Shown: positions 36,495 through 64,000 of the stretch, piece by piece
Layout of the letters: each line of letters begins with the position of its first letter
Position numbering within the stretch: position 1 is the first letter of the stretch
NCBI RefSeq assembly: GCF_009914755.1
Contig: NC_060934.1
Length of the DNA stretch: 64,000 nucleotides
DNA from: the human T2T-CHM13v2.0 reference genome, Homo sapiens
Direction: 5' to 3' (one strand)
The notes under the pieces: generated by a model
What the model was told of the DNA's origin: nothing
Seen by the model: the letters and a program-made list of their open reading frames with translations, nothing else
Databases searched by the model: none
Position numbers and translations under genes: made by a program

Positions 36495-37024
36495 TAATTT
36501 TTTGTATTTTTAGTAGAGACGGGGTTTCACTATGTTGGCCAGGCTGTCTCGATCTCCTGACCTTGTGATCCACCTGCCTTGGCCTCCCAAAGTGCTGGGA
36601 TTACAGGCATGAGCCACCATGCCCGGCCTAGATGTGTAGAATTTTAAGAAACTCTATTTCCACACTTTCAACTTCCTTGCATACCCTCCCTAAAGCATGT
36701 CTCAGGCTATCCTTCCTATTTCCCCGCCGTAGCAGCACTCATCCCACTTTACAAAAAAAAGTCATTCCCAACCTCCATCCTGAATATGACTGCAGTGTGA
36801 CAAAGTCCCAAGTGTGAGAACTTCTAAGATGCCAAACCAATGGACAACTGGAAACAATCCCTTTAATGTTAATCAAGATACCATGAATCCTCCTTAGAGC
36901 TTCCTGCCTTTCCCAGACTTAAATGTATTTCTGTTTAGGGTGAATCACTGATTTATAAAGGAGATATATTGGTCTCGTTGGGATGTTCTGAAATTAATGT
37001 GGACTGTGGAAGCGGTGGTGATCT

Positions 37025-38310
<1,286 letters not shown>

Positions 38311-38356
38311 GTATAGATAGGGCAAGCAGACTCTAGTTCCATTTGATAACATTTGC

Positions 38357-38486
38357 ATTGCCCAGGCTAGACTGCAGTGACTACTCACAGGAGCAAGCAT
38401 AATACACTGCAACCCCAAACTCCTGACCTCAAGTGACCCTCCCTCCTGAGTAGCTGGGAATACAGGCTCATGCCACCATGGCCCAC
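38357..38486 (-). mobile_element. FAM (fossil Alu monomer, 7SL-derived)
   Basis: Monomer containing the 7SL/FAM-type GCAGTGACTACTCACAGG segment that is absent from dimeric Alus. Confidence 0.65.
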
Positions 38487-38791
38487 TCATAATTTCATAA
38501 TTTCTTTTAGAGTGCATGTGGATTATTCAATTCAGTAGTTAGAACATTTTTATTTTATTTTATTTTATCTTATTTATTTTATTGTATTGAGATAGGGTCT
38601 TGCTGTGTCACCCAGGCCGGAATGCAGTGGAGCTATCATAGCTCCCTGTAGCCTCAAACTCCTGGCCTCAAGCAGTCCTCCTATCTCAGCCTCCAAATGT
38701 GCTGGGATTACAGGTGTGAGCCACTGTATCCATCTAGAGCATGTTGTATTAAATCATATCAATAATACTTAGTTCCTTACTATAGGCCATC

Positions 38792-39338
38792 TGTATTCAT
38801 TTTTTATATTACGTTAAAAATTACTATGAATCATGAATTTAGCAGCTCAAAACAACACACCTTTATTATCTAAGTTTCCAGAAGTCCCAGCAGGATTTAA
38901 CTGAATTCTCTACTCAGTTCTCACAGGCTGCAATCAAGGCGTAGTCTGGGGGTCTGATTTCATTTGAGGCTCGGGATGGGGTCCTTTTCCAAACTTAGTG
39001 GTCGTCAACAGAATTCAGTTCTCTCAGTTGTAGGCCTGAGGTCCCAGCTTTCTTACTGGCTGTCAGCAATCTGCTCTCAACCCCCAGAAGCCCTTGCAGC
39101 TCTTTGCCTCATGGCCCTCTCACAGCCACCCTCACAACATTGCAGTTTACTTTATAACCAGCTGGATATTCTCTCATCTGCTGAAACAGTCTTGTATAAT
39201 ATAACCTAATCAAAGGATCGGCTATCCCATCACGTTCACAGGCCCTGCCCACGCTCAAGGAGAGGGGATCATACGGGGCATACACACCAAAGGGGCAAGA
39301 ATCTTGAGACAGGGGCCATCTTAGAATTCTGCCTACCA
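38792..39338 (-). mobile_element. MLT1D-like MaLR LTR
   Basis: AATTTAGCAGCTCAAAACAACACACCTTTATTATCT...GGGGCCATCTTAGAATTCTGCCTACCAC. Confidence 0.75.
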
Positions 39339-39432
39339 CCCCATCGTATCTCCATTTTTGAAATGTTTGATATTTTATGGTTTCTATGGCCAAAAAGTAA
39401 AATCATATTCCAGCAGCTGGAGTAACTGATTA

Positions 39433-39612
<180 letters not shown>

Positions 39613-39615
39613 TCA

Positions 39616-39729
<114 letters not shown>

Positions 39730-39858
39730 TTATATATATATAATATATATATTTTAGCATTATATGACTTTCTCTTTTTTGCTAAATACATAGGAAAAAT
39801 GTGTGGTGTTATCTAAAAAATTAATGGCATAATATTAGGATTCATTTTAAATTAATAG

Positions 39859-40203
<345 letters not shown>

Positions 40204-40260
40204 TAATAAGGGTCTTATATTTAAGATTATGTTTTATCATTTGCAATACAAAACAGATTA

Positions 40261-42006
<1,746 letters not shown>

Positions 42007-42129
42007 TGATCCACCCACCTCCGCCTCCCAAAGTGCTGGGATTACAGGCATGAGCCCCTGAGCCTGGCTGGATCAATTTCTTGAAGGATACAAGCTATCT
42101 TGTATCTGCAGTTAAAAAATTATCCAAGG

Positions 42130-46740
<4,611 letters not shown>

Positions 46741-46806
46741 TAAGACCGGGCGCGGTGGCTCACGCCTGTAATCCCAACACTTTGGGAGGCTGAGGCGGGC
46801 AGATCA

Positions 46807-47790
<984 letters not shown>

Positions 47791-48356
47791 TAGCTGTGAT
47801 TACAGATGCCCACCACCATGCCCAGCTAATTTTTGTATTTTTAGTAGAGACGGAGTTTTGCCATGTTGGCCAGGCTGGTCTCGAACTCCTGACCTCAAGT
47901 GATTTTGCTCGCCTCGGCCTCCCAAAATGCTAGGATTACAGGCCGTGCCTGGCCAGTTCCTTACTATTTTGATGGGTGAAAACTGACATTTTGTTATAGG
48001 TTAATGCATAGTTGTGTATTTATGAGTGAGGTTTTACAACTTTCATATGTTTAAAAGCCACTTGTGTCCTATTTTCTGTGAACTGAACTCTTCATTTCCA
48101 ACTACGCTATCAATCTTTTTCTTACTGATTAATGAGAGTCCTTTATAAAGGAAATATATCTTTATGATACTGTACAGTAGAGTTAAGTTCAATCAGTGGG
48201 TGGATTCTGCTGATAAAAACCAATGTGAAAATCACTCCTCTGCTGCTCTGCAACCTAGCCTTGATAATAAAAGCTTGCCCTTTCATTCCCTTGGGAACCT
48301 TCCTCATTTAGAGCCCCAATCATTACCACTTGCCCTATATGGTTGAAATTTTAGGC

Positions 48357-48578
48357 CAGTGTTTCTCAGGCATGGCACTGTTGAAATTTTGGCTGGATAA
48401 TTATTTGTTGTAGATGGCTGTTTTCTAGATTTCTAGAACGTTTAGCAACACCCTTGGCTTCTATCTGCTGGATGCCAGCAGTACATCCTTCTCCCAGGTG
48501 TGACAACTAGAAAAGTCTTTGAAATGTCAAATGTCCTCTAGGGGATGGAGGGCAAAATCTCCCAGTTGAGAACCACTG
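48357..48578. mobile_element. MER20 hAT-Charlie MITE
   Basis: TIRs CAGTGTTTCTCA / TGAGAACCACTG, ~220 bp, typical internal GATGCCAGCAGTACATCC...GTGTGACAAC. Confidence 0.85.
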
Positions 48579-49314
48579 ATCTAGGTTTATATACTGCTGG
48601 TGGAAGGCAGGCTGCATGACTAAACTGCCTATTTGTTATAGTTTGGAAATTTCACACAGCTCCCCAAATGGTGTTTGATAAAGTGCAGAATCTTAAGTTC
48701 TGTTGGAAAGTACAACATTTGTCTTTTAACCTCGTCAAAAAGACAAAACAGGCAGAAGGATGCCTTGAGGTCAGGAGTTTGAGGCCAACCTGGGCAACAT
48801 AGCAAGACCCCATCTCTATTAAAAATTTAAAAATTAGCCAGGTATGGTGGTACATGGCTGTAGACCAGCTACTTAGGAGGCTGAAGTGAGGATTGCTTGA
48901 ACCCAGGAGTTTGAGGCTGCAGCAGCAAACTATGATTGTGCCACTGCACTCCAGCCTAGGCAACATAGTAAGATCCTGTTTCTGAAAAAACAACATATTT
49001 TAAACCATGAAAGAGTAGCATCTGTTAAATGTGTAGGTATGCCTAGGAAATCTAAAATGAAGAGACGTAGGACAATAAAGTCAGCCAACTGCTCAAGCCT
49101 CAAAGAGTGGGAGGGTCACCAGAGCTCAAGGGCTAGCGCTCAGCTTGCAGTTACAAAAAAAGTTACTCTTTTTCCTTTAAATTTCTGAAAAAAGTTCTCA
49201 TTTTAATAATGTGAAATTTTAGCAAGAAATAGTTATTAATGTGTCCTCAACCCTCCCATCTATGTCCAGGCCCCTCAATCAGGGATGTTAAAATGTTAAC
49301 ATTTTGATATGTAA

Positions 49315-55023
<5,709 letters not shown>

Positions 55024-55533
55024 TAGACCAGAAGTCTAATTGGGATTTTTTGTTTTTGTGTTTGTTGTAATACAATTTCTGTTTCTCATTTATCCTACCT
55101 GAAAAGCATACTGCATCTCTGACCTCTCAGCATACTAACAATAATATTGATCACATAGCATTTCTTGTAGTTCATAAACTTCACGTGTCAATAATATACT
55201 ATAAATATAAATGAATTAATGAACAACAGGATGCTCATAAGCTTACAGACATCTTTTTCTCAAAAAAGCTGGGAATTTTGTTTCTGTTTTATTGGGATAC
55301 TGACTCTCAACATTTCATATATTGCATTCCACCAACGTAGCTGAGAGTCAATTTATGAAATATTTTGTAGTGTAAGACAGAAAGTGGGGAGGACCAAGTA
55401 TGTCAACCACTAGGAGTGTGGTGCCTAGTCAGGAATTGGGAGGAGTGTAGCAAGAAAGGAAGGACAACAGGATTTGGTCATTGATTGGTCAGATGGATTT
55501 CAGAGGGATTGGTATGAAGGAACGCTTCAAAGA

Positions 55534-56007
<474 letters not shown>

Positions 56008-57466
56008 GCAACCAAAGATGGTTTTAAGGCTTCTAGGACTGGAGATGATTACTTTCAGAAATGAATAGTGGTGACCAGATGAAATAAGACTTTTGGATGT
56101 AGATAGGACCTTAGCGATATATTTCCAGCTTTTTATTTTTTATTTTAAGGATGAAGAAACAGCTTTAAGTTGGTTGCCTAAAGTCACGCAGGTAATTGAT
56201 GCAGTATGGCCAGAACCCATACTAGGCTTAAGGGACAGTGTACCATAAACTCGTAGAGGTCCTTTAAACAGATAGAAACGCTGTGCTCCAGGCAGATGCC
56301 ATAACAAACACTGGCTCTAGATCTACCATGGGTTATATGGGTCCTTAGTTAAGATTAGATATGGAGTCACAGTGTGCCAGAATTTCAGGGAGAGAGGAAA
56401 GTGGAAGGGCTTTCCACTAAGCCTTTTGAACTACTAGGTACCCCTCGTTTTACATCTGGTTATCTCATTTAAATCTATGACGTTTTAAAATACTTATTAC
56501 CATTTAAGACATGAGAAAAATTAAGTTTAGAAACGGCTAGATAGCTCACGCTAGAAAGGAAGGACTCCAAATTTTAACCAAGGGCAGATGTGCATGGAGG
56601 CCAAGTCATTTCCTTCCCATGCTCTCATACTGACCCAACAAACCCATTCTGCACGTGAGAAAACTGAGGCCCGGAGGAGGGAATTCACACACGTTTGAAG
56701 CCAAGCTGGGGCCAGAAAGTAGATCGGCTGATCTCCAAACCTCCACGTCAAAGGTCTTCCCAGGAGGACATATGCCTTCAAGGATTTTACAATGTATACC
56801 ACCCTACAAGTGATGGGAGAGAGGGGAAAAAAGCAACCGACTAAGGAGAAAAGCAAGGAGCAGAAAAAGGAGCAAAAGAGGAGCTGTCAGAACGGTGTGA
56901 GGAGAGTGGGAAAGGAGCCGCCTCCTTTTGCCTCTCTTCCTACTTGTTAACAAAACAGAACGACTATCCAACGTATTTCAGGGAGCTAAGTCTTAGCCAG
57001 CTTCAGCTGTGTTTTAACCCTTAGCTAAATATAGACAAGGCTAAGGCAGGCCAGGTGTACACTTCAGGAAGACGTGGAAATTCCCAGGGCGGACCAAAAC
57101 TTGAGCTGTTCCGGCGGTAGTGATTTGAGGTCAGTTTGAAAGAGAAGTTGAGAAAGCGGCCGAGGGGCGAATTTGGCTGCACTACACGCTCGCCACAAAG
57201 AGGAAGGGCCGCCGGCCGCCGGGGCCGAGTGCGCTTCCAGCCCAGGCGGAGCGGTAGACGCAACAGCCTCCGCCCGCCACGTGACCCGTAGTGTTGTGGT
57301 CTGGCCCGCGTGGGTGGCGGGGGCGCCGAGAGGGCGGGGGCGGCGATGGGGCGGGTCACGTGATGGGGTTTAAATCTCCCGCAGCCGGAGCCGCGGGGGC
57401 GCCAGTGCCGCGCGTCGAGCGGGAGCAGAGGAGGCGAGGGAGGAGGGCCAGAGAGGCAGTTGGAAG

Positions 57467-57896
57467 ATGGCGGACGAGGCGGCCCTCGCCCTTCAGCCCG
57501 GCGGCTCCCCCTCGGCGGCGGGGGCCGACAGGGAGGCCGCGTCGTCCCCCGCCGGGGAGCCGCTCCGCAAGAGGCCGCGGAGAGATGGTCCCGGCCTCGA
57601 GCGGAGCCCGGGCGAGCCCGGTGGGGCGGCCCCAGAGCGTGAGGTGCCGGCGGCGGCCAGGGGCTGCCCGGGTGCGGCGGCGGCGGCGCTGTGGCGGGAG
57701 GCGGAGGCAGAGGCGGCGGCGGCAGGCGGGGAGCAAGAGGCCCAGGCGACTGCGGCGGCTGGGGAAGGAGACAATGGGCCGGGCCTGCAGGGCCCATCTC
57801 GGGAGCCACCGCTGGCCGACAACTTGTACGACGAAGACGACGACGACGAGGGCGAGGAGGAGGAAGAGGCGGCGGCGGCGGCGATTGGGTACCGAG
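57467..57896 (+). CDS. SIRT1: SIRT1 coding exon 1 (NAD-dependent deacetylase sirtuin-1, disordered N-terminus)
   Basis: Translates MADEAALALQPGGSPSAAGADRE...AAAAAIGYR, matching human SIRT1. Kozak context AAGATGG; phase-1 donor GAG|GTGCGC at 57897. Confidence 0.97.
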
Positions 57897-57925
57897 GTGC
57901 GCAGGGTGCGGGCGGCCGGAACTGC

Positions 57926-58144
57926 GCATCTCCTCCTCCCTCTCCCCGGGCTCCTACTGGCCTGAGGTTGAGGGCGGCTGGGGGCTCGGGGCAGGCTCCG
58001 CGGCGTTCCCCTCCCCACCCCGGCCCTCCGTTCAGCCGCGCTCCTCCGGGGCTGCGGTTCCTACTGCGCGAGCTGCCAGTGGATTCGCTCTTTTCCTCCG
58101 TCCGTGGCCCGCCTGGGCGGCCTTGTTCTTTCCGCAGCAGCCAG
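57926..58144 (+). other. SIRT1: Probable alternative non-coding first exon of SIRT1 within intron 1
   Basis: GC-rich block ending in a donor-like CCAG|GTCGGG at 58144/58145. I recall a SIRT1 transcript variant starting here; the start coordinate is approximate. Confidence 0.5.
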
Positions 58145-58648
58145 GTCGGGAGACTCTCGCAGTCGCTTTAAAATAAGTTTCTCTCCCCCTCTTACTCTTT
58201 TAGCATATTGCTTTTGTTAGAGCTTTTTTTTTCTTTTTCTTTATTTTTTATTTTCATTGCTTTTCTCCTCTACCCCCCAGCACACTTAAGTCTGCAACTT
58301 TTTGGCTGTCCCGTTGGTCTGCGTTTTCAATTGCTTTTTGCAAACTTGACACCTGTGCAGTTTGCTTTTTTTGGTCTATATTTTTATGACTGAAATTACA
58401 ATTTTTGAAAGAGGAAAGCTGTTTCTATAGTCACAGCTTGCAAAATTTAAAGAACGTGGCTGTTCCTGAAGACATTACCATTCTGTAATGCAGTTAGGAG
58501 TGGGTATGGGAGAGAGAGTACTTTTAGAGCTGTTCATATTACTTTTATTCTAATCTTGCTCTTGTGCGGTAATGGTGTTTGGGCTAAACATGCTTTTTTT
58601 GTATGTATGTAGTATTGAGACACAAACTTAACACTTCTAGCATAATGA

Positions 58649-58924
<276 letters not shown>

Positions 58925-59588
58925 TGATCCGTCCGCCTCGGCCGCCCAAAGTGCTGGGATTACAGGCGTGAGCCACCGCGCCCGGTCAGGTTTCTTATTT
59001 TTGATCTGAGGAGTTTCTATCCTTGATAGGTGTTCATCTTTATCAATATTTGGGTCAGGCCGGGCGCGGTGGCTCTTTCGTGTAATCCTAGCACTTTGGG
59101 AGGCCAAAGCGGGAGGATCTCTTGAGCCTAGGAGTTTCAGGCCAGCCTGGGCAACATAGCGAGACCTCCTCTCTACTAAAAGTAAAAAAAGCGGGACGTG
59201 GTGTCGCACACCTTTAGTCCCAGGTACTAGAGTTCGAGGTTGCAGTGAGCTGTGATCCTGCCACTGCACTCCAGGGTGGGCAACAGAGTGAGACCCCGTC
59301 TCAAAAAAAAAAAAAAAAAAAAGTAATATGTGTTTTTAGGGACTGATTTAGTAAAGAGACCCTGATTTCAAGCAACACAGTTGAGTACTAATTTATTATT
59401 TACCTAATAATAATTGTGTTATTAATACTGTTTATTTAATAGAGGAAACAATGCAGAGGTACTTGTAGTATTGTGTAAGTTTAACGTGCGCATTGCCAAG
59501 GTTATATTTGAATGACGTTTTTATGTAAATGTCCATTTATTACACGTTTCACGAACGCTATTGTTTGTGATTGTATGATACATTCTAG

Positions 59589-59855
<267 letters not shown>

Positions 59856-60163
59856 TGATCCGCCTGCCTCGGCCTCCCAAAGCTCTGGAATTAGAGGCGT
59901 GAGCCACCGCTCCCGGCTATCTTTTCTGTTTTTTAAGTAGACTTAATTTATTTTTAGATTTTGGCTGAAACTGAGTGAGCAGAATTCCTAAAGATGAAGA
60001 AACTGTTCCAATGAACAGTGCAAGCTGACCCCATAGGCATGCTTTACACACGCCGTGTAAATGTTAAATGCTGTACTCGATGAAAATGATTGCTCTATAA
60101 CCGTTCATACATTTTAGGTGCATGTTGTTTTGATAGCCTTGACTGACTTGGTTTCTTTTGCAG

Positions 60164-60280
60164 ATAACCTTCTGTTCGGTGATGAAATTATCACTAATGG
60201 TTTTCATTCCTGTGAAAGTGATGAGGAGGATAGAGCCTCACATGCAAGCTCTAGTGACTGGACTCCAAGGCCACGGATAG
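60164..60280 (+). CDS. SIRT1: SIRT1 coding exon 2
   Basis: Acceptor tttcttttgcag|; encodes (D)NLLFGDEIITNGFHSCESDEEDRASHASSSDWTPRPRI; donor |GTATGG; 117 nt preserves phase. Confidence 0.97.
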   Translation: MTFCSVMKLSLMVFIPVKVMRRIEPHMQALVTGLQGHG

Positions 60281-60342
60281 GTATGGCTCAGAGCTGTTAA
60301 TTTTAGAGAGTAAATGTACGTTTTTTGGTTTGTTTGTTTTGA

Positions 60343-60501
<159 letters not shown>

Positions 60502-61628
60502 TAGTAGAGACGGGGTTTCTCCATGTTGGTCAGGCTGGTCTTGAACTCCCGACCTCAGGTGATCCGTCCGCCTGGGCCTCCCAAAGTGCTGGGCTTACAG
60601 GCATGTGCCACCTTGCCCCACCTCACTTGTCCCCTTTTTGTGTAGTGTTCTTCATCCGGTTAGAATATCTTCCTCCCTCACTTCATATTCCTTGTTTTTT
60701 CACTTTATTGTACACTTACCACTTCTTGAAAAGCTCTGTATCTTACTTTTTAAATTGTGTTGTTTCCTGGTCTAGAATATAAGTTCTACGGGAGCAGGAA
60801 TTTTTGACTGACTTGTATACTCCTGTCTTTTCAGTGCCTAAAAAAGTGCCTGGCACATAGTTTGTGCTCAATAAATATTTAATAAATATGTGAATGAAAT
60901 GGGAAAGTATTTCGATGTAGAAAGCATTATCAGTTTTTTATACCAAAGGTATAACCATCTTGAAAGTGGATCTTTTTATGTTCTCACTCTTACAAATGGC
61001 TTGATTATTTAAACATAGTGAAGATCAGTTTCTCTTTGGTGTCTGTAATTTATTTATTTATTTATTTTTGTTTTCTCAAGCCTAGGGAGCTGGTTTGAGC
61101 AATCTCAGGGTAAAAGAAAATGATTAGTTCTCAGAACATCAACATTGTATGTATTATCTTGGAAGATGGGTTAAGATCAAATTGAAAAATTACCGGAAAA
61201 AAATTAAGATGGCAGTTATGTATAGATTTTCATTTCTTTTTCCTGTGTGGTTTTAATGATAAGTAGTACAGGCTTTTAGGACTGGTACGATTTTTCTATG
61301 TCGTAGAACCCTTTTGTAAATACTTTTGGTATTATGGTGTGTGTTTCTAGATATTAACCATAAGAACTTAATTCTGGTTGTTAATTAATTAGACTCTTGA
61401 AATATATACTTACAGCTGAAGGGGGTCTTCCCAACTCTTCATTAGATCTTCCTAATCTCATTGGGATATAGCATTAATTCTGAGTGTACCGAGAATGAAA
61501 TACCATTAAATTGCATTTTCTTACTTTGCAAAAAACCCTCACAGAATGCTAACTCATTACTTCAGAAAATAAATGAGATTTTGAATTACTTGATAAGTTG
61601 ACTTTAAGCCTTTTCCCCCTTATTGTAG

Positions 61629-61870
61629 GTCCATATACTTTTGTTCAGCAACATCTTATGATTGGCACAGATCCTCGAACAATTCTTAAAGATTTATTGC
61701 CGGAAACAATACCTCCACCTGAGTTGGATGATATGACACTGTGGCAGATTGTTATTAATATCCTTTCAGAACCACCAAAAAGGAAAAAAAGAAAAGATAT
61801 TAATACAATTGAAGATGCTGTGAAATTACTGCAAGAGTGCAAAAAAATTATAGTTCTAACTGGAGCTGGG
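61629..61870 (+). CDS. SIRT1: SIRT1 coding exon 3 (ends at the start of the catalytic domain, IIVLTGAG)
   Basis: Acceptor ccccttattgtag|; encodes (G)PYTFVQQHLMIGTDPRTILKDLLPETIPPPELDDMTLWQIVINILSEPPKRKKRKDINTIEDAVKLLQECKKIIVLTGAG; donor |GTATGT. Exons 1-3 sum to 789 nt = 263 codons. Confidence 0.97.
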
Positions 61871-62847
61871 GTATGTAAGACTAGTACATGGGGAGGTCGT
61901 ATATGTATTTTCTTATGCCTTTTCCAAGTAGGAAACATTTTTCTGGTTTAGAAGGATTTATCCTTACATGATAATGGATGTTTGGGAACTGCCAAAAACT
62001 GAGTGCAGCAGCAGTTGCTAAATTAGTTCAGATTTTTAAAACCTCTCCAGCCTTAAAAAAATATTTGCTTCTGCTTATTTATAGCACAGTGGGTAAATGG
62101 AGTTAAGGCAAGATTTCTACCTACATTATATCATAGCTCCTAAAGGAGATGCAGGGAATTGAAACTCTGCTTTTGTTAAGGGATGTCAGTCTGATGGAGA
62201 AATTGGGTGTTTGTTAGATCTTTATGAGAAACTGGAAACCTAATTGGTATTCACAAGTGAAAAGCTTAGTGTTGGGAAGAGTAACAGATTCCTACCTTCC
62301 CTCCATATTAATTAAGATGATGTGATTGTGGCGACTTGACATTTTCTATTTGATCTACCTTAGGGTTGCAGCTAATTAGTTACCTAAGACTATTGCATAG
62401 TGTGTGTTTTATACAGAGTATATTACATGTTAGCAACCAGAGCAACTGCTGTAGTAAAATTTTGTCCTGTTTTCTGCCATTTCGAGTTGCGAAAGGGTGT
62501 TACATAATCTTAGATGATCATCAGGAGTATGTTTTGCTCACAGATAACGATGTAGACAAGTTTGTTTAACTTAAATTGACCTTGACTCCAGGTCAAATTG
62601 GAGTCAACTCTGGTAAGATGATGAAACAATAACTTCTGAAATCTCTATTTGAAATGTCAGGATTTTTTTGTACGATTAGTGGGCACGTCTCAAAGAAATG
62701 AAGAATTGAAATATTATACACCTTTTTTTTTTTTCTTTTTTTTGGATACAGGGTCTTGCTGTGTTGCCCTGGCTGGAGTGCAGTGGTGTCATCATGGCTC
62801 ACTGCAGTCTCAGCCTCTCCTGGCCTGAGTCTTGCTCTGTTGCCTAG

Positions 62848-63081
<234 letters not shown>

Positions 63082-64000
63082 TGATCCACCGTGCCTGGCT
63101 ATACATTGTTTTTTTTAATGAAAATAGAGAATTGTTGTAGTATTGAGGTAATAGAATCCTAACTAAAGGAGCAATTTCTTTGGAATTACTTCTCTGTAAT
63201 AGAAATTCTTGGCTGGTGGAGTGGCTCATGCATGTAATTCCAGCACTTTGGGAGGCTAAAGTGGGAGGATCACTTGAGCCCTGGAGTTTGAGATCACCCT
63301 GAGCAACATAGACCCTGACTCTACAAAAAATTAGCCTGGTGTGCTGGTGCGTACTTGTAGTCCCAGCTGCTAAGGAGGTTGAGGTGGGAGGATTGCTTGA
63401 GCCGGAAAGGTTAAGGCCATAATGAGCCATGATGGCACCACTGCACTCCAGCCTGGGCGTCAGAGCGAAACTGTCTAAAAAGAAAAAAAACAAAAAGCCG
63501 GGCGCGGTGGCTCACACCTGTAATCCCAGCACTTTGGGAGGCTGAGGCCTGCGGATCACGAGGTTAGGAGATCGAGACCATCTTGGCTAACATGGTGACA
63601 CCCCGTCTCTACTAAAAATACAAAAAATCAGCCGGTCGCGGTGGCAGGCACCTGCATTCCCAGCTAATCAGTAGGCTAAGGCAGGAGAATGGTGTGAACC
63701 CAGGAGGCGGAGCTTACAGTGAGCCGAGATCGCACCACTGCACTCCAGACTGGGCGACAGTGTGAGACTCTGTCTCAAAAAAAAAAAAACAAAAAAAAAA
63801 AGAAAAAATTCTTCCCTACTTAAAATAATTTGTTGAAATGGTTTATTTTCTTCTCAAGTTGCATTTGCTTTAATTTGTTGGCTAAATGCTTAAAAGGCTT
63901 AAAATTGGCCTGACTTAAAAATTCCTTATCTGTGTTAAAGATGGAATATGAGGTATGTTTAATTTTACTCAGTTATTTGGGAGTTTTATTTCTGAAATAA

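Larger units (their letters stand above)
57080..58170 (+). promoter_or_regulatory. SIRT1: SIRT1 CpG-island promoter
   Basis: Very high GC and CpG density, multiple GGGCGG boxes, two CACGTG E-boxes (57278-57283, 57357-57362), TTTAAAT at 57369-57375 about 90 bp before the ATG. Confidence 0.92.

Noticed and set aside
57021-58176. 302-aa and 220-aa antisense ORFs and alternative-frame sense ORFs over SIRT1 exon 1
   Set aside because: Expected in extremely GC-rich sequence; low-complexity P/R/A/G content with no recognisable domain.
60118-60163. Upstream AG acceptor (ATTTTAG|GTG) that seems to extend SIRT1 exon 2
   Set aside because: It adds 46 nt; after the phase-1 exon 1 it reads into TGA within 10 codons, so it gives no in-frame extension.

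Overview
Human (primate) genomic DNA from the divergent DNAJC12-SIRT1 interval, recognised from the protein sequences; from memory this is chr10q21.3. The first coding exon of DNAJC12 lies on the minus strand (10450-10527), so 1-10449 is DNAJC12 intron 1. SIRT1 coding exons 1-3 lie on the plus strand (57467-57896, 60164-60280, 61629-61870) behind a CpG-island promoter. The rest is extremely repeat-rich: roughly 90 Alu copies or fragments counted by eye, L1/L2/MIR fragments, hAT DNA transposons, several LTRs, and a near-complete MST-type MaLR with a second LTR nested inside. There are two processed pseudogenes (DNAJC19, RPL12) and a truncated U6 retrocopy. Almost all ORFs in the supplied track are Alu or simple-repeat artefacts. 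I cannot support a wholly new biological system here. The best leads are: (i) an orphan CpG promoter (ZNF143/TCGCGA/ETS motifs) abutting an Alu-tail-derived polypurine pentamer tract; (ii) a ~130-bp near-perfect MIR-associated hairpin; (iii) an RPL12 retrocopy whose frame is still open and fused to Alu sequence; (iv) a U6 fragment fused to a short AUUAAA/A-tail segment inside one TSD pair. Repeat subfamily names are from memory and need RepeatMasker/Dfam confirmation.
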